A stretch of 64,000 bases of DNA from positions 367,289 to 431,288 of the forward strand of contig CAVZDU010000010.1 in NCBI GenBank assembly GCA_963774265.1, read 5' to 3'. The position numbers were made by a program, and so were the translations under genes. The notes under the pieces are model-generated. The model was not told the DNA's origin and did no database searches. It saw only the letters and a list, made by a program, of their open reading frames with translations. Below are positions 34,652 to 46,087 of this stretch, piece after piece. This DNA is from an uncultured Chloroflexia bacterium (GTDB taxonomy: Bacteria; Chloroflexota; Anaerolineae; CG2-30-64-16). Position 1 is the stretch's first letter. Each line of letters starts with the position of its first letter.

Positions 34652-34909
34652 GCGAGCGATCCTACGGTCGGAGTGCCGGAGTGGTTGGGACTGTGCCAGT
34701 CCGGTATTCCGCCCGTTCTGATCTAAATGGATCGATATCACCGGCGAGGTAAGATGCTCATGATGACTGCCTGCTTTTGTTCTGCATCGAACTTGCTGAG
34801 GGGTTCCTGTTGGAGGTGACCGCGCCCGAAGGGGCTGGCATCCCATATTGGTGTCTGGGGCAATATGCGCCCCGGTATTTACCGGTTCATCATTCTTAAG
34901 GAGGGATAG

Positions 34910-36499
34910 ATGTTCAGTAAGCGTCGCACTTTCGTCGTCGTGCTGGCTGTGGCCCTGCTCATGCTGCTGGCGTTCACAAGCATGGCTTCGGCGCAGGTGA
35001 AGGGCCCTGTATGCGTGGATGGTTACGTGATTAACCATCGCGAGATGGCGGTCGACGGGACCAAGACGTCACCCCCGTTGGTCGTGACGGCGGCCGGTGC
35101 AAATGCTACGGCCACCGCTGAGGTGGACAAGAACGGCTACTTCAAGTTCGATGAGCTCGCTGAAGGCGACTGGGAGTTCTCGCTGCAGTTGCCCACCGGC
35201 TGGGAAGGCATCGCGCCTGAAGCTCGGCTCGAGGGCGTAGCAGTGGCTGGCCTTGCGAAATTCGAGAAGAACAAGACCTGCTACAAGATCGTCTTCAAGA
35301 TTCGCCGCCAGGTCACGATCCCCGTTCTGAAGTGGGAAGAAATGCTGGACGGCACCGTGCAGCCCGGCGACGACTGGCTGATTACGGCTACCCCGGTGAA
35401 GGATCCCTTCGCCAATGTCGTGACCGCCACTGTCAAGAGCGGACAGACGTCTCTCACCCTCACCCCCGGCACCTGGCAGATTGCCGAGACCGTGAAGAAG
35501 GGGTGGATTCCGCTCACACCGCCAAAGGTAACCCGGATCGTCGATCAGTACGAGGTCGGGGGCGCAATCAACCCGATCGTCTTCAAGAACCGTGAGCCGA
35601 GCTGCTACGGGCAGATCACGGTAACCAAGACCGGTTTCGGCACCGACGCGACCGGCAACGAGACGGCCCTGGGCACGCTGGCTGGCTGGAAGGTTACGGT
35701 CAGCCGCGCGGACAAGACCGCTCCGCCCATCACCAAGGTCACGGACGGCAGCGGTACTGCGGTGTTCAAGGGTCTGCTGCCGGGCGTCTACAAGGTCACC
35801 GAGACCGTGCAGACCGGCTGGAAGGTTGTCGGAGATAACCCGGTGGTCGTTGTTGTGGCACTGCTTCCCGACAAGGATAAATGCGATGAGGTCGATGTCA
35901 GCTTCGAAAACAAGGAGCTGATCGGTGATCTGAAGATCACCGGGAAGAAGCTTTTGAAGGCCTGGGTGAAGCCGTACAAGGGCACGCCGGTCGGCTTGCC
36001 TGGCTGGAAGATCACCGCGACTCTCGTTGGCACCGAAGACCTCGCCGTCCCGGTGACGGTCTCCACGGCAACCAATGCGCTGGGCGGATATGAGTTCTCG
36101 ATGGCGGACCTCAAGGCTGCAGGTATGGCCTTTGGCGGCGCCAGCATCAAGGTCTGCGAGGAAGTCCGCGATCACTGGATTAACGTAACGCCCAAATGTG
36201 TGACAGTGAAGTTCCCGTTCCCCGTTCCGCCGGAGTATAAGGGCGAGGTGGTGAACTTCACCAATATCCAGGATCCGCCTCCTGGGGCGGACGTCGCGAC
36301 CTATGACGGCGCCACGGCTGACGTTGAGGCTGACGCAGTCACCGCTGACTCCTGCGCTACAGTCCACAAGGTGGTTCGCGGTGATACCCTGGCCAAGATC
36401 GCCGGCAAGTACGGCGTATCAATGAAGAGCCTGATATCGGCCAATCACATCCGCAACGCCGATGTGATCTTCCTCGGGCAGAAGTTGTGCGTCAAGTAG
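34910..36499 (+). CDS. Secreted protein with CnaB/SdrD-like Ig repeats and a C-terminal LysM domain
   Basis: Signal peptide; repeats TDGSGTAVFKGLLPGVYKVTE and PGTWQIAET; LysM VVRGDTLAKIA; strong RBS TAAGGAGG. Confidence 0.85.
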   Translation: MFSKRRTFVVVLAVALLMLLAFTSMASAQVKGPVCVDGYVINHREMAVDGTKTSPPLVVTAAGANATATAEVDKNGYFKFDELAEGDWEFSLQLPTGWEGIAPEARLEGVAVAGLAKFEKNKTCYKIVFKIRRQVTIPVLKWEEMLDGTVQPGDDWLITATPVKDPFANVVTATVKSGQTSLTLTPGTWQIAETVKKGWIPLTPPKVTRIVDQYEVGGAINPIVFKNREPSCYGQITVTKTGFGTDATGNETALGTLAGWKVTVSRADKTAPPITKVTDGSGTAVFKGLLPGVYKVTETVQTGWKVVGDNPVVVVVALLPDKDKCDEVDVSFENKELIGDLKITGKKLLKAWVKPYKGTPVGLPGWKITATLVGTEDLAVPVTVSTATNALGGYEFSMADLKAAGMAFGGASIKVCEEVRDHWINVTPKCVTVKFPFPVPPEYKGEVVNFTNIQDPPPGADVATYDGATADVEADAVTADSCATVHKVVRGDTLAKIAGKYGVSMKSLISANHIRNADVIFLGQKLCVK

Positions 36500-36519
36500 T
36501 CGCAACTGCCTGAAATGCA

Positions 36520-36552
36520 GGGGCCGCAGCAACCGCTGCGGCCCCAACTTTT
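36520..36552 (+). terminator. Intrinsic terminator after the second LysM gene
   Basis: GGGGCCGCAGC-aacc-GCTGCGGCCCC then aaCTTTT. Confidence 0.8.
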
Positions 36553-36556
36553 AAGA

Positions 36557-36636
36557 GGTGATTGAAATCACCGTCTGGTACGAAAAGTGCATTGAAACGC
36601 ACTGCACCCCGTGGCGTCAACCCGTTTCAACGGGTT
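36557..36636. repeat. Cluster of three REP-like mini-hairpins with TGAA loops
   Basis: GGTGATTGAAATCACC (36557-36572), AGTGCATTGAAACGCACT (36586-36603), AACCCGTTTCAACGGGTT (36619-36636, opposite orientation). Confidence 0.55.
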
Positions 36637-38005
36637 TGGGCGATGCCGGCTGCCCGATCATCGACCACGGCCCTGTCCAGGTGATCCTCACGGATGCCAG
36701 CCGCCCGCGCCAGTCGCGGGGATCATCGAAGTAGACCAGCTTGTTCGTGCGCGTGCGCCCACGCCAGCGGCCCTTGTGCTTCTCCTCGACCAACACCTCG
36801 ACGATCTCCCCCAGTGACCGCCCGTTGATCTCCCCTACCACCTCCGCCTGCAGCGCATCCAGGACATCCCACCGGCGCTTCTTCTCGATTGCAGGGACAT
36901 CGTCGATCATTCGCCGCTCGCTGACGGTGCCGGGTCGCGGCGAGTACATGGCCAGGTGGACCTTGTCGATCTTCAGCTCAGCCAACAGCTCGTAGGTGCG
37001 CCGGAACTGCTCTTCCGTCTCCCCGGGAAAGCCGACGATGATGTCGGTGTGGATGGCTGAATGGGGCATCTTCCCGCGGATGTGGCGCACGAGCCGCCGG
37101 TACGCTTCCACCGTGTAGCCGCGCTTCATATTGAGCAGCACCTCGTCGTCGCCCGCCTGCACCGGCACCTCGATCTGTTCGCACACCTTCGGCAGCTCGG
37201 CCACCGCGTCCAGGATGCGGTCGGTCATGTAGCTCGGGTGGCTGGTCAGGAAGCGAATGCGCCACAGCCCGTCGACTTCGTGGACCGCTTCGAGCAGGTC
37301 GGCCAGGTCCGGCCTGCCCTCGGGGAAGTCCTTCCCGTAGCGGTCCACGATCTGGCCCAGCAGGGTCACTTCACGCACGCCTTGCGCCACGAGCCCACGC
37401 ACTTCGCGCACGATTTCGTCGAGCGGCCGGCTGCGTTCGACCCCTCGCCGGAAGCGGGATGATGCAGAAGGTGCACGCGTGCGAACACCCATACACGATC
37501 GGCACGTGCGCCACAATCGGCGCCTCGCCCTGCAGCGACAGGTGCCGGATGCTCTGCAGGGGGTGCTGTGGCTCAGTCGGTTCCGCGTCCAGCTCCTGCA
37601 TGGCGTGCCGGGCCGTTGTCAGCTCCTCGTCCAGCCGCCGCGCATCGGCCTCGACCTCGCCGCTGCTCAGGTAACTCACCAGCGGCCCCGGATCGGACGG
37701 CGGCATGAACACATCGACGAACGGGAAGCGCTCCTTGAGCACGCCGTTCGGCTTGATGCCCACCATGCAGCCCATCAGCGCAATCACCCGGTCCGGGTTC
37801 TCGTCCTTCAGCGGTCGCAGCGACCACAGCCGGCCGACCGCGCGGTCCTCGGCGCTCTGCCGCACCACGCACGTGTTCAGGACGATGACGTCGGCGGTCT
37901 CGGCGCGATCGGTCGGCGCGTATCCCAGCGCGTCCAGCTCGGCCGCCACGCGCCCCGAATCCGCCTCGTTCATCTGGCAGCCGATGGTCCAAATATAGTA
38001 TCGCT

Positions 38006-38009
<4 letters not shown>
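36617..38009 (-). CDS. miaB: tRNA methylthiotransferase MiaB (frameshift ~37455)
   Basis: [21 protein letters not shown], radical-SAM [22 protein letters not shown] domain GRTRTNK. Confidence 0.93.
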
Positions 38010-41144
<3,135 letters not shown>

Positions 41145-41264
41145 ATGACCCCAGTTCTGCCTCTCAAACCATGTCCGTAAGCGCCGCGCGAGCGCGGCAA
41201 ACTCCTATTCTACCACAGGATGTCAAAAAAGATGATCCGTGCTCAATTCGATTTTGCGATGAGT

Positions 41265-41768
41265 TTAGGGGAGGTCTTTCCCGAGGACTAGGAGCCGAGG
41301 CGCATATCCGGGCAGATCGCGGCGATACTGCCCACCCGTATAATCGTAACCCTGCGACAGCCAGAAAGCGATCTCCACCGCCGCGTGGCTCACCACACCC
41401 GTCTCCACGCGCACTGCGCCGAACTGGGCCGCCAGCCAACGTTCGAGGATGCGCAGGCTAAGCCCGCGGATGCTGGGGTCATCGTACGGGGCCACAAGGA
41501 GGAGCATCCCGATATGGGCGAGGCCTTCCTCTGCCTCGTCCAGCTTGCAGTCGATCGCACCGATCAGGTCGTCATCGAAGAAGACGCCGAATTGAAACCG
41601 GCCGGGCGTGGTGAGCGCATCGATGAAATCCCGCGCGGCCAGCTCCGGGTCCGGAGGCTTTCTGATCCACTGCTGAAAGCTCGCGGGCGACGCATCGTAG
41701 AGGCGCTGCAGCGCAGGCAGGTCCGAGTCAGCCACGAGGCGCAGCTCAAATGACAGTGGACGGCCCAC
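41265..41768 (-). CDS. GNAT family N-acetyltransferase
   Basis: LIGAID, AHIGMLLL, AFWLSQGY. Confidence 0.75.
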   Translation of the reverse strand: MGRPLSFELRLVADSDLPALQRLYDASPASFQQWIRKPPDPELAARDFIDALTTPGRFQFGVFFDDDLIGAIDCKLDEAEEGLAHIGMLLLVAPYDDPSIRGLSLRILERWLAAQFGAVRVETGVVSHAAVEIAFWLSQGYDYTGGQYRRDLPGYAPRLLVLGKDLP

Positions 41769-41780
41769 AGGTTGCGCCGC

Positions 41781-43547
41781 CTACAGGGCCTCGACCCTGG
41801 TCGCCAGCGCCTGCAGCTCGTCCTTCATGCCGCGCAGCGTCTTCTCCGCGTCGATGAGCATCACCTGCTGCGTCTCGACGAACCGCGTGTAGGGCCGCAT
41901 CGCCTCCCGGATGTTCGCCAGCGACCGGGTGATCTCCGTCTCGAACTGGCTGCTCAGCGCCTTGCCCAGCCGCTCGCGCAGCTCATTGATCTTGTCTTGC
42001 AGCTCCAGCTTGGCGCGGCGTCGCTTGTTCGGGATGATGTAGAGGCCCAGCGCAGCAACCGCACCCGCGGCCAGCACCCCAGTCACATCCGCCAGCGTCG
42101 CAACCAGCACCTTCACCAGCAGCGCGCCCAGCCCCACCGCGCCCACCTCGACCAGCGCGGTCTGTGCCACCGCCCGCTGCACCGACTCGCCCAGCTCGCG
42201 CGCCTCAGCCGAGTGGTCGTACGTGGCCACCACCTCGCGCGCGGTCCGCCCCACCGACTCGATCAGCTTCTGCCGGTTGAACTCGAACGCACCCCCCACC
42301 TGTCCCACGATCTCGTCCTGGTGCCGCGCGATGCGCTTGTTCAGATACTCCATCACCGCCTGCCACTGCCGGTAATCCTGGTCCACCAGCCAGTCGATCA
42401 GGTCGCGCGTCTGCGTCTCCACCTGCTGCGGCGTGTCCGCGATCACCTGGTGCTCGAACATCCCGCGCACCCGGTCCGCGTTGATCAGGTCAAAGATCCG
42501 TTGGATGCGGATCGTCTCGTCGAAGAAGTTATCCCCCCGCTGCGCCATCCCGTAGAGCACGTTGTCCACGTGGCTCAAGTGGTACTTGAACTCACGCCGC
42601 ATGTCGCCCTCGTAGGCGCCGAGCTGCGCCTCGATGGTGCGCACGGTCTGCACATCATCCTTGATCAGGTCGCGCCGCGCCCCTGCCACCTCCAGGTACT
42701 TGTCGACCAGCCGCTGCGCCACCCCCAGCGGATTCGCCAGCTTCAGCCGCAGCCGCTCCTTCTCGTCCAGTGTATTCAGGATGAAGCGCTCCAGCGGCTC
42801 GAACCGGCTCGCGGCCCACAGTCGCGTGCGCTCATCCGCATCTGCCGACCCTTTGGCCTGCCGCGCCTGCCGGCTCGACACGCCGAACACGATCGGCTCG
42901 CGGCCCAGCAGCACCTGCGCGTTCTCCTTGACAAACTCCATCACCTGGTCGAGATCCACCGGCTCGTGGATGTCGATCTTGTTGACGACAAACACGACCT
43001 TTTTGCCCCAGTCGCGGATCTGGGCGATGAACTGCCGCTCGCTCTCGGTGAAGGGACGGTCGGCCGAAGTGACGAAGAGAATGAGGTCCGCGCGCGGCAC
43101 AAAATCGGTCGTGATCTGTTCGTGCTTGCGGATGATGGCGTTGGTCCCCGGCGTGTCGACGATGTTGATGTCTCGCAGCCACTCCGCAGGATAGGTCACC
43201 AGGATGATCTCCCGGTCGCCCGGCCCATAGGCCGTCGCCGCGCCGGGTATGATCGTCGGGTCGTCCCCGTATTTGATGATGTGGATGGCCGAGGTCGTCG
43301 GGGTCACCCCCTCCGGTAAGAACCGTTCCCCCAGCAGGGCATTGATGAACGCGGTCTTGCCCGAGTTGAACTCGCCGACAATGACGAGCAAGAACAGCTC
43401 GTCCAGCTGCAGCTGCGACCGGTCGAGCACCGCCAGGTCCTCGTCCGCCGCATCCAGGCTCTGCAGCGGCCCGCGCAGCATCGTCAGCTGCCGCCGCTCC
43501 GCCCTCAGCAGCTCCTCTTCCCCCGGCGTCAAAAACCTCTTCAGCAT
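41781..43547 (-). CDS. Bacterial dynamin-like GTPase
   Basis: G1 GEFNSGKT, GVTPTT, G3 DTPG, G4 NKID, helical stalk and hydrophobic paddle. Confidence 0.9.
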   Translation of the reverse strand: MLKRFLTPGEEELLRAERRQLTMLRGPLQSLDAADEDLAVLDRSQLQLDELFLLVIVGEFNSGKTAFINALLGERFLPEGVTPTTSAIHIIKYGDDPTIIPGAATAYGPGDREIILVTYPAEWLRDINIVDTPGTNAIIRKHEQITTDFVPRADLILFVTSADRPFTESERQFIAQIRDWGKKVVFVVNKIDIHEPVDLDQVMEFVKENAQVLLGREPIVFGVSSRQARQAKGSADADERTRLWAASRFEPLERFILNTLDEKERLRLKLANPLGVAQRLVDKYLEVAGARRDLIKDDVQTVRTIEAQLGAYEGDMRREFKYHLSHVDNVLYGMAQRGDNFFDETIRIQRIFDLINADRVRGMFEHQVIADTPQQVETQTRDLIDWLVDQDYRQWQAVMEYLNKRIARHQDEIVGQVGGAFEFNRQKLIESVGRTAREVVATYDHSAEARELGESVQRAVAQTALVEVGAVGLGALLVKVLVATLADVTGVLAAGAVAALGLYIIPNKRRRAKLELQDKINELRERLGKALSSQFETEITRSLANIREAMRPYTRFVETQQVMLIDAEKTLRGMKDELQALATRVEAL

Positions 43548-43563
43548 CTTCCCCTCAACCCCC

Positions 43564-43602
43564 AACCTTCAATCTTCAATCTTCCATCTTCAATCTTCAA
43601 TC
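43564..43602. repeat. Heptamer tandem array (ATCTTCM)n
   Basis: aaccttc aatcttc aatcttc catcttc aatcttc aatc; supplies the stop codon of the CapA-like gene. Confidence 0.9.
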
Positions 43603-45371
43603 GCCCATCTGCTTACATCAAACACGCTCTTCAACACCTGGATCCGCTCCTCCGGCGTCGCCCAGCGCAGCTGGAAGTTCTTCTCGATGACGGTGACCAG
43701 CAGCTCGGTGTTGATCAGCTTCCCGTCATAGATCGTATGCCGCGCCACCAGCCCGGTCCGCGTCGGCCAGCTCCACGTCTGGTCGAAATACAGGTTCCCA
43801 AGCCCATACAGTATCAGCCTGCCGTCCCGAATCTCCACGGCCTGCGGCGCATGGGCCATCACACCGGTCACGACATCCGCGCCCGCGTCGATCATGCCGC
43901 GGAAGTCGGTCTCCTGCACGCTGATCGGCTCGGTCTGGTAGTCCCCCGCACTGTTGAACTCGGTGTGCTGCACTTCGGCAAACACCAGGTCCACCGTCGG
44001 CTTGAGCGCCTGGATGTCCGCCTGCATGGTCGCCAGGTCGAACCGCGCGGCCCCCGGATTGTCCTCCCCCGCCCACGCGCTTACAGCCTCGCCCTTGCCG
44101 TTATAGTACTTCTCCGGTCCCCACTGGTTCGCGGCCAGGAACCCCAGCCGGTTCCCGTTCTGCGTCAGCACCAGGGGCTTCCGCGCCGCCTGGTCGTTCA
44201 GGCCACCGCCGTAAATCGGGATCTTCTTCTCTTCGTAGAACGCCAGCGACTGCCGCATCGCCTCATACCCGAAGTCGTTCTGGTGGTTGCCGCTCAGCCC
44301 GATGGCATCCACCCCCGACAGCGCCAGGTTCTCCCAGTAGTCGTTGTGCGAGCACAGGATCAGGTTGTTCAGGGTGTTGTCGGCCACGCAGTCCGGCAGG
44401 AACGGGATCTCATTGCTGATGATGGTGAGGTCCGCCGCAGCCAGCTCCGGCCCCACGACCCGCGCGAGGAAGCCGCTGTCTCCCGACCGGTCGATGGCCA
44501 CCGCCGAGTTCCGCGCCATGGCAGTGACGCCCGTCATCACCAGCACGGTCAGCTTGCTCGCGTCCCGGTTGGTCACCGGCAGCCGCCCCGCCACCGCGGC
44601 CAGCGCCTCGCGCCCCCGCTCCGTTGCCCCGACCAGCGCGGCCCGGCGGGTCAGCGACCACTCGTCCGCCCGGAAACGGTTGTCGACCGGCGACTGCCCG
44701 TCCACCTTGATCGCGCGCAGGCTCACGGTCAGCGCATCGAACGGGACGATCCCCAACCCCATCTTGTCGCCCCATACCGCGGCCTCGACCCCCTCCGCCG
44801 GCGTCGGCTTGACCTGGGCGCCCGCCTCGCCGAGCAGCGGTGTCAGCAGCGCCACATCCTCCTGCCCGACGTAAATGTTATCGAAGTTGGGGGTCGTGCC
44901 CTCTCCCGTCCACACGGCCACGAGCTCATCGAGCGTGATGCTCTCCAACACGCTTGACATCCGGTCCACCGGGGTGAACACCTGCTCCCACGCCAGCACC
45001 GCGCCATCCGTGCCGGGGTTGATCACCCGCAAGTCGGCCTGCTCGGTCACCTGAGCCACGTCGCCCCCCTCGGCCGCCAGCGCCTCCAACACGGGATCGA
45101 TCGCAACCCCAGGCGCATCGGGCGCCAAACCCACCCCCAGCGGCCGCAGGTCCGCGGTCGGCGTCGGGGCCACCCGCGTCTCGGGGGCGAGGGCGGTCGT
45201 CGCAGCGCCCGCAGGAGCAGTGAGGGCCGCCGCCGGCGCAACCGGAACCCCGGTGGCGGCCACCGCGGGCGTGACCCGCGCCGGCGCAGCCCCGTTACCA
45301 CAACCCCCAACGAGCACGGCCACGAGCAGGGCAACCGCCGCCGTGCGACACAGGCGAATCATCAGACCCAC
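43590..45371 (-). CDS. CapA/PgsA family metallophosphatase-fold lipoprotein
   Basis: Lipobox LVGGC, LSGNHQNDFG, GADVVTG..AHAPQ, YGLGNLYFDQ; extended -10 TGTTATAAT at ~45411-45419 and GAGGAG RBS upstream. Confidence 0.85.
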   Translation of the reverse strand: MGLMIRLCRTAAVALLVAVLVGGCGNGAAPARVTPAVAATGVPVAPAAALTAPAGAATTALAPETRVAPTPTADLRPLGVGLAPDAPGVAIDPVLEALAAEGGDVAQVTEQADLRVINPGTDGAVLAWEQVFTPVDRMSSVLESITLDELVAVWTGEGTTPNFDNIYVGQEDVALLTPLLGEAGAQVKPTPAEGVEAAVWGDKMGLGIVPFDALTVSLRAIKVDGQSPVDNRFRADEWSLTRRAALVGATERGREALAAVAGRLPVTNRDASKLTVLVMTGVTAMARNSAVAIDRSGDSGFLARVVGPELAAADLTIISNEIPFLPDCVADNTLNNLILCSHNDYWENLALSGVDAIGLSGNHQNDFGYEAMRQSLAFYEEKKIPIYGGGLNDQAARKPLVLTQNGNRLGFLAANQWGPEKYYNGKGEAVSAWAGEDNPGAARFDLATMQADIQALKPTVDLVFAEVQHTEFNSAGDYQTEPISVQETDFRGMIDAGADVVTGVMAHAPQAVEIRDGRLILYGLGNLYFDQTWSWPTRTGLVARHTIYDGKLINTELLVTVIEKNFQLRWATPEERIQVLKSVFDVSRWAIED

Positions 45372-45425
45372 GACTAAATAACTCCTCTTGTCCCAGGCAC
45401 AACCAGCGCTATTATAACACACCCC

Positions 45426-46067
45426 TCAACCTTCAATCTTCCATCTTCCATCTTCCATCGTCACCGCAATCTCCCCCCGCCCCAGCTCACCCACCGCCCG
45501 CACCAGCCCCGCCGCCTGCTCCTTGGGCGCCTCCACGTGCCACGTGACATCCGCCGCGAAATCCCGCCCGATCACGGTCGCCTCGAACTCGGGCAGCAGC
45601 CGCTCCAGCGGCGTGACCCAGTGATACGCGCCGCTCAGCAGCAAGGTCACGACCTGTACTTTCTCCCGCACGGCCAGCACTTCGAGCACGGCCTTGACCC
45701 CCCCGCTGTACGCGCGCACGAGCCCGCCCGTGCCCAGCTTGGTCCCGCCGTAATAGCGCGTGACGACCACGGCCAGGTCCCCCACGCCGCTGCCCAGCAC
45801 CACGGCCAGCATGGGCCGCCCCGCCGTGCCCGAGGGCTCGCCGTCGTCGCTCATGCCCGCCATGCCGGTCGAGCCCGGCGGGCCCGCGGCAAACGCATAA
45901 CAGTTGTGGGTCGCATCGGGGAATTCGGCCCGCACGGCCGCGATGAACGTTTTGGCTTCGTCCACGCTTGCGGCCGGGCCCGCGGTGGTGATGAACCGCG
46001 AACGCGTGATGACCTCCTCAACGCGCGCCCTTCCGGCCGGGGCCGGGTAGCGCGTGGGGGAGGTCAT
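45426..46067 (-). CDS. yigZ: YigZ/IMPACT family protein
   Basis: SRFI, DATHNCYAF, SDDGEPSGTAGRPM, VTRYYGGTKLGTGGLVRAY. Confidence 0.92.
   Translation of the reverse strand: MTSPTRYPAPAGRARVEEVITRSRFITTAGPAASVDEAKTFIAAVRAEFPDATHNCYAFAAGPPGSTGMAGMSDDGEPSGTAGRPMLAVVLGSGVGDLAVVVTRYYGGTKLGTGGLVRAYSGGVKAVLEVLAVREKVQVVTLLLSGAYHWVTPLERLLPEFEATVIGRDFAADVTWHVEAPKEQAAGLVRAVGELGRGEIAVTMEDGRWKIEG
45428..45459. repeat. Heptamer tandem array forming the yigZ C-terminus (MEDGRWKIEG*)
   Basis: aaccttc aatcttc catcttc catcttc catc. Confidence 0.9.
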
Positions 46068-46087
46068 CGACTGCTTACCTTGCTTTT

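Noticed and set aside
36557-36636. ATTGAAAY motifs resembling CRISPR repeat 3' ends
   Set aside because: Only two or three 8-bp matches 30 bp apart, with no full-length repeats, spacers or cas genes.
41145-41264. LexA box upstream of uvrA
   Set aside because: No GAAC-N4-GTTC-type palindrome was found, and the TTGACA and TAGAAT there are only 8 bp apart.
41781-43547. Dynamin-like gene as part of an anti-phage island
   Set aside because: It is a single gene in a housekeeping run with no recognisable defence partners; an ordinary membrane-remodelling role is equally plausible.
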